A DNA stretch of 64,000 nucleotides from the human T2T-CHM13v2.0 reference genome, Homo sapiens: the NCBI RefSeq assembly GCF_009914755.1, contig NC_060939.1. One strand, written 5' to 3'. Made by a program: the position numbers and the translations under genes. Positions within the stretch are counted from its first letter, which is position 1, and every line of letters begins with the position of its first letter. Under the pieces are notes generated by a model, which worked only from the letters and a program-made list of their open reading frames with translations, had not been told where the DNA came from and ran no database searches. Of the stretch, positions 1 through 15,292 are shown one piece after another.

Positions 1-649
1 TTCTGTTATTTCATTTTTAAGAAACCCACCGCTCACCTATTCATCCCCTGAGAGAAGCTTATTTAAAGCTCATGAGAAAGCAGAGAACTATTTCACAACA
101 TTGAAGCAAAATAATCTGACTGAACCAAGCTTTCACAGGGGAACTGGGGAAAGAGTGAAGAACCAAGCAAAATAGACGAGTCAGGAGACTAAAGTTGTAA
201 AATAGTTTGGTTTTGAATTCTTATTTCTAGTTTTTCCAAAGTAGCATTATAACTAAGAGATTTTCCTCTAAGTTGCTATAAAAAGCAAAAGTGGGCCCAG
301 ATGTTACCAGGGAGCTGTCAAGGCTCTCCTGCCTCAAGAAACACACCTTACCCTTCCTAGAGAATGACTTTGGGAAGAGGTCACTCTCAGAGTATTTACC
401 AAGAGAGAGAAGGAAGTCAGTACTCCACAATTCTCCTGGATTTGTAATCCCTTGCTCTTCTGCTGGCTTTTAATTTCTATCTGGATGGCCTACTATGAGG
501 CTGCCCTGACCAGATTCTTCCCCAGAACAAGGAGCTTTCAGTAAGTGAGAAGAGAGGAGTGACGAATCACACTCCACTTTCAGAGTGTCTTGTTATGGAA
601 AATTTTCTTGCATCGCATCCGAGAGCATTAACATAAAATAATTGCACTA

Positions 650-2050
<1,401 letters not shown>

Positions 2051-2888
2051 GCCATGGAAGTGAAGTTTACAAAGACAGAAATCTTCTTGTTAAGGCCCCT
2101 TGGATTTCAATAATCTACCAGATTTGTGCAATAGTAGACCAAATCAAAAATAAATAGAACAATAAAAATCTGTCTCTGGAGCCTACATAGTCAAAGTAGA
2201 AAAGCCTTTGGACCTTTAAGACTTGCAGTTTACTAGCTCTGTTCAAGTAATTCAATGACCACAAAACATGTGTGAGCATATGAGGATGCCCAAAGAAGGG
2301 AATTTAGACCAAGATCATAAAAAAGTTTTCATAGAATACATCAAAAAGACATCTGATACACACACAAACACATACACACTAAATGCAAGATAGATAGAGG
2401 TAGATATAGACTTACCATGGACATTTATGCTTAATTATCCATAAGGAATAGAATCAAGTTCCATTAATTTTTTTCAATTCTTTCTCTAACTCAAGACTTT
2501 CAAACCTCCTCTCTCTTTTGTTGTCCCTTCCTTGCTCATCTCAAATCAAAATCACAATTTATAAGATCACTCTTACCAAACCAAAGAGACTTGGGGGGAA
2601 CAGTAATTTTTATGAGCTAACTTGGGATCTGTTATCATTTTTAACAGATGACACTTGATTTCTCACCTGATGTACTAAAGAATGGCAGAACGAAAGCCTC
2701 TAGGGAGAAAATGAGATTTTCATAACTTAAACACTAAAAACAACAGCCCCATAACACTGAATGTCATTATCAAGCAGCGAACACTCTCGCCTCTCTTGTC
2801 AACTGTGGTGTGCACGAGATGCCTTTCAGAAGGCCACACGTTCGTTTACACTCATGCCTACCCACCACGCCACCCCCATCACAATCAG

Positions 2889-2914
2889 ACACACACACAC
2901 ACACACACACACAC
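2889..2914 (+). repeat. (AC)n microsatellite
   Basis: About 13 perfect AC units. Confidence 0.95.
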
Positions 2915-4597
2915 CCCACCAGCAATCATGCTATTACCTCTGGCACACTTGGAAAACATGTGTCAGAGCTAGAACCTTCTCTTGTCACATTATCATAAAT
3001 TACTGCACAGGATATGAGTCTGTGGTTGCAGACCATTTTTTTCCTTACGTGGTGAATTTGGCCAGAACTGGTGAGAATAATGAATGCAGCTGTACATCCA
3101 ATGTGCAAGGAGGATAGATATTCAGACCCAGGGTGAATTAGAGAAAGAAAAATCCCCAGCAAGAGGGACGACCCAGCTCACTCAAGCTTTGTCAGTCACT
3201 GTTTACTTCATGTTCACCCATAAAATAGATAATGACAATATTTTCCTATATATTTCTAAGCTGCTGGTCTCTGGGGAAGTCTAAAAGTTCACAGTGGACT
3301 TAAAAATATGTACCAAATCTTTAGCAGACAATAAAAGAGATGTGGAATCAGCATTTTATCAATCACTGGATTAGACCTTCCTACACCCCAGGCAAGGGAC
3401 TATTTGCAAGGCTACCAAAAAGCAATGAGCCTTGTCCTACTCCACTGTTTTGTCCTTAAATTCTGTTGTAAGTCTTTTGGGGGAAGCTTTACCTCCGGAA
3501 TCTTGTCGTGGAGTATTCTAGAGGGGAAAAAGACAGCATAGCACACCACACCACACCAGACTACACAAACTCACCTCTCTCTCTCTTCCTACCCCACCAA
3601 GCCCCTTCTTCAGTGCCTTCGGGAGGGCTGCCTTTCTTATCCTAGCATGGCCTGGAATTAGCAGAATACAGGATTAACACTTTATGTGCTAGGCTTCAAG
3701 AAGAGTTTCAACACCCACGGTGCATGTTAGAGTTTGAAAATGCCTTCATGCCCTTTACCACAGTGAATACTTCCAACAAGTCTCTGGGAGAAGCAATGTG
3801 GGCATTATTCTCCCATTTCATAATTGAGAAGGGAAGGCTCAGAGTTAAGGCAGCACAGAGGCCAAGGTAGGAAAAGGCTGGCAGCAGGATATGACCTGGA
3901 GGCTCATGAATTGAGGTCCACCTGCAGGAACTATATTCACTTGTCTTTCTCTATAGGAAAAGATTCTGGTCTCAGGCAGACCCTACTGCCACTCAGACAA
4001 ACTTATTAATTCCTCTAAGCCAATTCATTCATCTCTAAAGTTAATTTATTATACCTGCAAAGGCAGTTATGATTAAGGAAAATGGAGAATAGAAAGCACC
4101 AGGACCAGGACCGAGCATGTGTTCTGGGGATGTTAGTTTCCTATGTGTCTCTTCTCCACTCCTCCTGCCCCAGCTACAATCCTCACAACACTATTACCAT
4201 TACTATAATTGTTACTTTGATGTGATTACACCTAACCTGTTCTCTGTGCTTACTACATACCAGCCACCCCATACTTAATTCTTGCCACAATGCTATGAAG
4301 TACCACTATTATCCACCTTATTTGAAAGCCTGAAAAAAAAACTGATTGACAGGACAGTTGTACAGAGTTGAGAATCCTTCTCTGGTCTGAGTCCCATGTC
4401 ACAATCTCAGCCACTTTGGAACACTGCCTGGATGCTCAGGCCTCCTGCTCAGCCCACTTGTTCTCACTAGCTTTGAACGTCTGCCCTCTCCCTCTCCATT
4501 CTCATGCCCTGGTTCTCACCTGACCTAAACAACCTTGTAACTAGATTAATAAACAGCTTGTAGGACCTGGCCCCTGGTGCCATTCACGTCTCTCACC

Positions 4598-4803
4598 TAG
4601 GTTTGTCAGATATAGTAAAGAAAAATATAGAACTCCCAATTAAATTTGAATTTCAGATAAATAACCATGTTTAAGTATAACTAGGTCCCAAATATTACAC
4701 GCTATGCAGACTTGCGTGAGACATATTTGTACTAAAAATTATTCATTATTCATCTGAAATTCAAATTTACATTGGTATCCCATATTTTATCTTGATAACC
4801 CTA
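4598..4803. mobile_element. MER53-like palindromic hAT MITE
   Basis: Long imperfect inverted repeat: taaatttgaatttcagataaataa ... ttattcatctgaaattcaaattta, with terminal taggtttgtcaga / tcttgataacccta. Confidence 0.75.
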
Positions 4804-5685
4804 GGCACTTCCCAATCCCCAGTAGACTCTGCTATTCTGTGTGTCCCATGTCTATAAACCCTGCTGTAGTGGTTATTACATCAGTGGATTTTGAAAAATC
4901 ACACCTCTATTATTCACAGCTTACAGAGTTCCCTCCCTTTGAATCTCAACTAATTTATGACTTGCGTTAGTAAAACTGCAATGGCAGAGTCTCTTCTAAG
5001 CCTAGGTTTTAAGAAGCCCTAGAAAATAGTACTGGGGCATGTATATCAGCTATCTATTGCTGCATAACAATTTCTGATTTTGCACTCTTATAATCTCTGA
5101 GCTCTCAAATAAGAAGTCTTACTACTCTGCTGGAAAGACTATATGTATTACTTTACTTCACAAGGTTTTTATGAAATGCAAATGAGAATGGGATGATTTA
5201 GATCAGCTTCCTCAGGAGTAGAACTCAAGACCAGGACACACACACACATATATATGTTATATATGTTTAGAACGTGGGGTGGCGGGAATCATTCCAGCCT
5301 TTCACACATTGCAGTCAAGACACATCTTTCAGCTTTCTCTCACTTGCAGCTCAGAATCGTGTTGTATAGCAATAGACTGAGACTCTCACGCGTGCAGGGA
5401 AATCCACCCAGGACCCAGGAAGAAAAGGGAATATGAATCACTAATACTCTCTAGTGGGCTATGGCCCACTAATCCCTCAGTTTCTTCTCCAGCAGCTCCT
5501 TATTAGACCAGGAGAGTCTCCCTCACCCCTGTCTTACTTGCAAGACAGGAAGTAACTAAACAAGGGACAAGGGGACAAGGTGGGAAGTGTTGGTCACATC
5601 CATTCTAGGCACTCAGCAGTTTCTTGCCCCACTGAGAGGCACTGGTGTCATGTACTCTAGTGGCTGAGTTTTTGTACCAAGAGGT

Positions 5686-5990
<305 letters not shown>

Positions 5991-7600
5991 CTGAGAGGTG
6001 CTCTTAACTCCCACTCTGTACAGGGAGAGTGGCTGGGCCTAGACATTTCTCTCAGGAGCAACCTCCCTCCCAAAAGCTGGACCAGACCTCTCATATCTTG
6101 GGAAGAGTTGGTGCCCAAATAAAGGATCTTTAAGAACCACCTGGCCTAAGCTAGCACATAGTTCAAAGGAACGTTCTGCCCTCAACAAGGAGGAAAGAAA
6201 GGGGTCAACACAAATCTGGGGCCAAGGGGCCTGAGGAAATCTACTGTCTATTGAGAATATGATATAGGCCATGATCTCTATTATTTATGATTTTACAAAC
6301 TCATTTTAATGGCTGGAACCAAATATCTTATGAAAAAATAATTTTTGCTTAAGGAAAATACTTTGCTAGACTGCGTTGACTGGAGAAATTAAAACCCCAA
6401 AAGTTTGGTGCATAAGAAGACAAGGAAATTAAGATAACTCAATTGTTCTACCTAATAAATTAAGTTTTTGGAGATTGGAGTAAAGATGGGATGAATCTGA
6501 AATAGGGAGAGAGAGAAGATGTAAGTCTAGGAGTCTACTCCTCACTAGGACTAATGTTAATCTATTAGTCTCTTTATCTTTAGTCTCTTCTCACAGGGAT
6601 GGCTTCTACCCCTAATGTTGTAAAAATGACCATCCCCCTCCTAAGAAATTCCTGCCCAGCCCTGCTTCCACTTTAAGTCTTAGCCTTATGTTTCCTATTC
6701 ACTTCCCACTGGAGCTCCTTGAGTCACCCCTGAGGTGGCCCAGGCTCTGGGCTTCATTGTATCTGGCCAGGATGCCTAAGCTGCCCATCACCCCTAAGCA
6801 CTGTCAGGAACCCCACAGTCAAAGGCTCTGCAGAGTCAAGTAGCCTCCCACTTATCCAAGTCCTCATCTGTCACTCTTGACATCTGATGAACTTCCAAAG
6901 ATGCCCCAGTTATCAATGAACAGGGCAACTGCCTCCCACCTCTAACATCACACCAGGCTGAAGTATCCATAAAGGCCTGTCTTATCTACTTTCAACAGCA
7001 CCGTGAGAAATGACCCATGTCCAAGGCCCCCTATAGACAAGCAGACTGTGCCTATCTTCCTGCTGACTCTCTAGTATTGAGGATTTTTTTTATTCTTCTT
7101 TGCTTTAAAATGAAGTGTTTATAAAATGTTGCTAAACCCAGGACTGTAAGCTACTTGAGAACATGAAATGTGTTGTTTCCATCTCTGCCCCTGCTACAGC
7201 CCTCATGCTGTCAGCAAGTGATGCTGCTTCCAGGGCAAGCCAGGGTTCTTGCCCTGTTCTGAGTAACTGGAGTCACTGATCAAATTGACATCTTCTAAAT
7301 TATAGTTCCATCTAATGGTGAGAATGTGGGGAAATGGGCATGACCAAACACCACTGGTGTCAAGTGAATTGATCTACTCTCTGTAGAGGTACTGGCAATA
7401 ATAATCAAGAGCCCTGGTGTCCATGCCTTTTAATCATATAATTTCACTTTGGGAAATGTACCTAGAGGAAAGTACGAAGCTTCATGTGTAAGAAAATTCT
7501 CATAAGGAAATATTTGTAATATTTGGAAATAGCCAATATGCCTAAGATTTTAATATATATGATGAAATATTTTGTAGGCATAAAATATTTCATAGGCATT

Positions 7601-7900
<300 letters not shown>

Positions 7901-8519
7901 ATATATATATCATAGGCATTGAAAAACAAGGTTTGAAGAGTATTGATATGGGAAAATGTTCATTTTAGATATATGAATATATTTATGTGTATTAAAATTT
8001 AATCCCTTTAAAAGGACAAGTACACTAAAACACAAATTTATGAATGATCTTTTTAAATTTTCCTTATTTCTTATGACTATACTTAGTATAATATTGCTTC
8101 ATAATTAGAAAACATAAATAAATCTATCAAGTTTGTAATCAAAAATCAAGTGTTTGTGTCAGAGTCATTAAAAGGCAAAAGACTATTATGTTATATTTAT
8201 TCCATAGCCAATTATCAAGCAGCTCCTACATAACCAGGCACCACGGTTGAAGCTGGGAATTCTAAGATTACTAGAACTCACTTTCTATTTTTAAAAGTTC
8301 ACTCAGTGCAATAGGGGTTTATTTGTCATCTGCCAATGACCATAAAATGTGGTTGGTGTAATGGGAGCACAAAGGAGGGAATTCTGGCTCTGTTGGAAGA
8401 AGGATTTTAAGTTTCATAGAGGAAATGATACTACTTCAACTATCCTCAGTCACTCATTCATTTATTCATTCTGTCAACAACCTTGTTTCAAACACCTACC
8501 ATGTCCCAGGCACTGTGCT

Positions 8520-8832
<313 letters not shown>

Positions 8833-9935
8833 TTAGTTCATGGTTAGCAGGAACAGATCTTCCCAAGTAGTTCTGGAAATGAGGCCAAACCCATTTGTTT
8901 CCATATGGTCCCAGACAACCAAAAAAAAGACAGAAAAATTTCAAAGGGTAATGGAAAAACTTCCAGGCATCGTATGGTCATTCATCACATCTAACTGGCA
9001 TCTTGACTCCTGAAATGCTGGATAAATCTCCCTTGGAAGTTAGCCATGTAACTGTCCTATACATGTGGACTTTATTTTTCAAAGTAAAGGAATAACTTTT
9101 TATTCAAGGATTCCTAAGCCATGTCCCCTAACCAAATTAAATATTCTTTCCCCACTGCAGTCATTTATGTTATTAGTAGTATTATTTTTCTTTCTTGTAT
9201 TATCCATTTAACAATATTTCTGGAGAACCTACTGTTCACCGAGCTTTTTTGTGGACACAGGAATAGAGTACTGAGTAAAACAGTCCCCTCCTTTCATGGA
9301 ATATATATTCTAGTTGGGGTTTTGGGTGAGACAAATAATAAACAAAAAAAGAAGTAAATATATATGACATATATTACAGTATAGATACATAAAAATACAC
9401 ATACTGAATATATGATATATAATGGTGATTAGGGAGAAAAATAATTGAAAATTGTGGAGATACAGAGTTCCAGTGATGAGAGGAGTTTGCTATCACACAT
9501 AGAATACTCAAAGAAGACCTCACTGAGCTTGTGACATTTGAGCAGAGAGCTGAAGGAAGTGTGGAAGTTAACTGCACATACCTGCGGAAATAAAGTTCTG
9601 GGCAGAGAAAATGCATGTACAATGGCTCTGAGGCAAGAAATGCTTGGTATGTCCTAGGAAAAGGAAGGAAAACAATGTCTCTAGACTGGAATGAGTGAAG
9701 GGATGAGTATAGGACACGAGGTCAGAGAGGTGTACATAAATACTTGCTACTAGACCTCAAGTTCTAAAAAGTGAGGACCAAGTCTTAATCATCTTTATAC
9801 CTTCCCTAGCTCTTACTAAAGCAACTGGCACATAGAATGCTTTAATAAAATGTTCATTGTAGTTATAATGAATGCATAGTTTATTTATGTTTTATGTCAT
9901 TTCTAGAGCATTCCTTTTATTATTATAAAGAAATT

Positions 9936-10242
<307 letters not shown>

Positions 10243-10312
10243 AGAAATTAAATTTAGTTTTCATTTCTATTAACTAGGTTTAATTCGGAAATCAGTAGAT
10301 ATAATTCTGTTA

Positions 10313-10365
10313 GATGGATGGATGGGTGGGTGGGTGGGTGGGTGGATGGATGGATGTGTAGATGG
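10313..10365 (+). repeat. (GGAT)n/(GGGT)n tetranucleotide repeat
   Basis: gatggatggatgggtgggtgggtgggtgggtggatggatggatg. Confidence 0.9.
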
Positions 10366-11729
10366 ACCAACAGATTTAGATATACAGATGTCAGATTTGA
10401 GCAAAACCCTAGATCCTGGCCATGATCATACATCTGTACCCATGGCCAGGATCCAATGGGCCTCTCAATTTATCCTTAACTTGCTTATTTGCAATTTTAT
10501 CCATCAAGTGATGCCACATGAGGAATTTAAATATCTGGACTAAGTAGGAGAGGTTATTGTTTGCTAAAGCACCACTGTCCCAAGCTCAAGAATGTTATGC
10601 TATTGGCATTTATAAGCCCAGTTCTAGGCATCATTATCTCAGTGGCCTTGAGACATTACCAGTCTATCTCAGAGATTCAGACTTGTCTCCTGATTGTATC
10701 TCTATCTCTTTCTCACTTCTTGGATGATTTACAATTACTTTCTCTCTGTCTGTTCCAGCACAACACTAACAAGTAAGGGCTCAGCTGACTTAGTCACACT
10801 TGAAGTCCATGAGAGGACTACAAGCCATTGATATCCAGTGCGTTCTGGATCAAGTTTTTGTTCCTTTTTTCATTTACCTGGGTGCTAGTCAAGCCTGAGG
10901 CTTAACTAATATGGGACCAAATTAAATGCTAAATGAATAAATTAATGAGCAAGGCTTAGATCTCAGTCAGACCTTGCAAGAAGGAAAGAGAGACCATCCA
11001 TTAAGTTGAAGTTTAACAAATTTTAAGTTTGTTGTAAAATTTTTACTCTGATATTTGAAGAAGTAAGAGATTCATTCTTGGCACATACCTTCAGTTGTTT
11101 CTGTGAGGTTGGTAAATCCATTTTCCATGTTGTTATTATAACAGATCTGAGGACATTAATTGATATGTTTCACTAGAATGTGAGTTCTGATAAGGATGTC
11201 AGAGATGAATACAACACATTCTCCTGCAAATGCACTTTGGAAATGCCTTGTCTCACATATGGTATAAATTCTAATTGATATCTTTCACCAAGTATTCATT
11301 TACACCATGCTGTTTATGGCAGAAATTCCCTATATACTATAACTGTTGTCCAAATATAAGACTTCTCATGATAAATTTCTCTTGGCTTTGAATGTCAGGG
11401 GAAGTTTATGTCTTCTACACAACTGGTCTATGTGTTTTCGTCTGACAATAATAACTAGACAAACCATTGGATTTCCCTTTTTCTGTCTTGTCTTTTAAGA
11501 ATTTCAAAGTTTGAGCATTAGGCTCCATTTCATTACCCCTCACTCCAGACTCCTAGTATATATTCCTACTGCTGACACTGCATGATTTCTGATCTTCATT
11601 TAGCTTTATTTCAGCTTTTCCATTGTTTTGAGCTTTACACTGAGGTTTGGAGAAGTTTGAGGGATGCCTCCATGAGAAACAGGAAGAATATATATTGTTA
11701 GCAAAGAGATACGTAACTTATTGCTTGAA

Positions 11730-12240
11730 GAGATTTGACAGTCATGTAGACTTGAACTAAAATATCAGCTTCAGTACTTGTTAAAAGTGTGAACCTGACT
11801 GAGCAAATTGCTTAAATTATCTGAACTTTAGTTTCTAAGAATAATAAAATTTTGTGAGAATTAAATAAGATAATGCATAGAGAATGCTTAGAATCCTATC
11901 CAGCACCTTGTATGTGCTTAATAAATGATATTTCTACGTAACAAATAAAAGCCATTGAGAGACAACTTTAATTTATACAAATAATTAAACAAGGAGTGTT
12001 TCTTGAATATAATAGAGTAGCTAAAGGTTCAGACTTAGAAATCACGTTATGTGGGTTCAAACCCCTACTCCATTATTTTCTATCTGTAACCTTAGGCGAG
12101 TTTTATTATGCCTTCATTTCCTTATATTAAATGACAATAAAAACAAAATCTACCTCATAGGGTTATTTTAAGGAGGCAACACAGTATAGATGCTTAAAAG
12201 TTTCCAGCACACAAGCATGTAATAAATGCTATTACTGCTT
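11730..12240 (+). mobile_element. Two MIR fragments
   Basis: MIR core motifs (ctctgaactttagtttc-like; tgtgagaattaaataagataatgcat; tctgtaaccttaggcgagtt; tacctcatagggtt); boundaries approximate. Confidence 0.6.
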
Positions 12241-13439
12241 TAACTAGTATTATTATTAGTTGACTCTAGATTCAAACTAAATTTTTTAGAGATTTCTACT
12301 CCATTTTGGCCTCAAGAAAAACTGAATATAATAAATAATGAAAACTGAATTGGCCTGGGAATACAAAGATATTTTTTCTGGGTTTATTTTCACTTCCACA
12401 CTGGGAGCTTTATTGATAACTTTAGAGATAAACATTTATGTGGAAGTAAATACACAACACAAGCCCAGAAAGGTACACACTGTAACTTTTTTATAACAGA
12501 AAGGAATTGTTGGGGATAATGTATTTCTCTCATGCTTCTGAGTCAAAAACCAAGCAAACTGAAATAGCCCAACACCATCATGATCGATTCCTTGTTTTTA
12601 TTTCATTTTACTCTTTGCAATATGTTTTCATATTTAGTCATATCTCTTTTGATCCTCAAAGTGAGCCAAATAAGAGGACAGGACAGGTAGTTATTATCAA
12701 TGATAAAGTGAAGAGTTGAGTGAAGTGACTACTCAGGGCCACCCAGTTGGCAAGTGACTGAGCTGGATTCAAAACCAGCTGTCATCCTTTTTCCTCACAC
12801 TACACACATTGCCCTAAGTCAGACTTCCACACTGGAACTGTTTAATCTGTTAAAAAAAAAAAAAAGAAAAGAAAAAGAAAAGAAAAAGCTGATTCTGCAG
12901 TGACCACTGAGACATCTAAACAGAAGCCTCACCTTACCCCCCCTCAGGAGACAGGGCCATTGGACGGTCAGAGTGCCCCTTTCCTGTTGTTTCTTGTGCA
13001 TCTGGATTCAGCACACAGCCCTGTCATCCCCCAGCTGTCCACTAAGCACCGCCATCAGCAATAAAGGAGTTACCACTTAATCTCTGGTACTTAAAATGGG
13101 AAATTGAAGCATATAATCACAGGATTAGAAACAGCTGAATCTAGGGACGCTGAAAAACCCTTTAGAACAAGTTGCCAAATAGTTTTGCTCTTTGCCAAAA
13201 TATCTTTTCTCTTTATTTAACCCTTTCTGAGTTATAAGAGAAATGCAATTACAACCATGATATTCTCTACTAAAATGAACAGCTTCTGCTGTCTAAGAAA
13301 AAAAGGAAAGATTCAAAAATATACCTGTGACTATAATAGCTCTTGGGAGGAGGAAAAGCCCTCTTGAGTCATCCAGAGTCAGGCCACTTGGAAATTGACT
13401 ATACATGTAGGTTGGGAACTAGGCTGGTTATTAAGCTAC

Positions 13440-14008
13440 TGTATCTTAGCACCACCCACTCACCTGTTACTCTGTTACATGATTTTGAGGCTGGACTCCA
13501 CAAATAAAATTTATCCTTTGCCATCTGGTTTCCTGTTAGGCTCTGCCAATAAAGGGTATTAGAGGAAGACTGCAAACCTAGAGGATGGCAAAGGGATTTG
13601 CCCCTTGCTCTTTGCTTTCTGTGTCTGTCAACATCCCCTCAGCAATAGTTCTTCACCCTAGCAGCAGCATTTGGGTCTAGGTCTTTTTTTTTTTTTTTTC
13701 TAATTTCCAGAATCAGCCTCATTGGAGTCCCTGCAGAGACACCAGCACCAGCCAGGTGGCACCTCCTGCTCCGTGGTCTTGTTCTCAACTTTATGGGGCT
13801 CTTCATCCAAGCTTCTAGGTTCAACTAATCCACTCTACCCTTTGCTCCCCTGTTCTAACGGTGGAAGATATTTCCTGTAGTTTGCATATCTTTCTGGAGT
13901 TATAGTTTTCTAAATACCTGTTTAGCAATTCGATTCCCTATATTAAATTATCCCTGTTAAAATAACTGGAATGGTTTCTGTTTTCCTGATTGGACCTTGA
14001 TGGATACA
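13440..14008 (+). mobile_element. ERVL solo LTR (LTR33-like)
   Basis: TG...CA ends; 3' end ...ccctgttaaaataactggaatggtttctgttttcctgattggaccttgatggataca. Confidence 0.6.
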
Positions 14009-14309
14009 GGATCTAACTTTATTTGTATTTCAGATATAGGTTGGAATGGTCACTTTCCCAAAACTTTTATTAATTTATTAATCCAAGAGAACATATGATA
14101 TGTCTGGCATTCTGCTGAGGACTGGGAAAAGAAATATAAGTGTCTTCTACTAATTTAGTCCAACAAACCATGAGAATACCCAGATAAACCCTATGCAATC
14201 TGAAGTGCTAAAAGAGATATATAAAAATTGCTGTGGATTTTTTAAAAAGAAAGGAGTATGCTATAACAAAAGTATCTTAGAAAAAAAATTTTTTTGAAAC
14301 AAAAAAATG

Positions 14310-14659
<350 letters not shown>

Positions 14660-14714
14660 TCAAAGACAGATAAATAAAAGAACCATACTGAAAAGATTGA
14701 AAATGAAGGTTTTA

Positions 14715-14961
14715 ACATAGACACAGGGAAGGGAACAACACACACTGGGGCCTGTGGGGGAGAGGGAAGGGGGAGAGAGAGCATTAGGAAAAATAGCTAA
14801 TATATGTTGGGTTTAATACGTAGGTGATGGGTTGATAGGTGCAGCAGACCACCATGGTCCACGTTTACCTATGTCACAAAACTGCACATCCTGCACATGT
14901 ACCCTGGAACTTAAAATTTTAAAAAAGAGAGAGAGAATAAAAGAAAAATAAAAAAAGAAAA
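14715..14961 (+). mobile_element. 5'-truncated L1PA 3' end
   Basis: L1 3'UTR plus A-tail; 16-bp TSD gaaaatgaaggtttta on both sides. Confidence 0.88.
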
Positions 14962-15004
14962 GAAAATGAAGGTTTTAAAGGGCCACGTGAATTTACTGTT
15001 TTTT

Positions 15005-15292
15005 CATTCTCCGCAAATTATCACAAGGACAAAAAAACCAAACACCGCATGTTTTCACTCATAGGTGGGAATTGAACAATCAGAACACATGGACACAGGA
15101 AGGGGAACATCACACACCGGGGCCCGTTGTGGGATGGGGGGAGTGGGGAGGGATAGATAGCATTAAGAGATACACCTAATGCTAAATGACGAGTTAATGG
15201 GTGCAGCACACCAACATGGCACATGTATACATATGTAACAAACCTGCACGTTGTGCACATGTACCCTAAAACCTGAAGTATAATTAAAAAAC
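15005..15292 (+). mobile_element. 5'-truncated young L1PA 3' end
   Basis: caccgcatgttttcactcataggtgggaattgaacaat...gtaccctaaaac: L1PA 3'UTR. Confidence 0.9.

Noticed and set aside
11040-11540. Unique-looking stretch that might be a decayed coding fragment on the minus strand
   Set aside because: Manual translation gave stops in all frames tried and no recognisable protein; it would need tBLASTx or Dfam.
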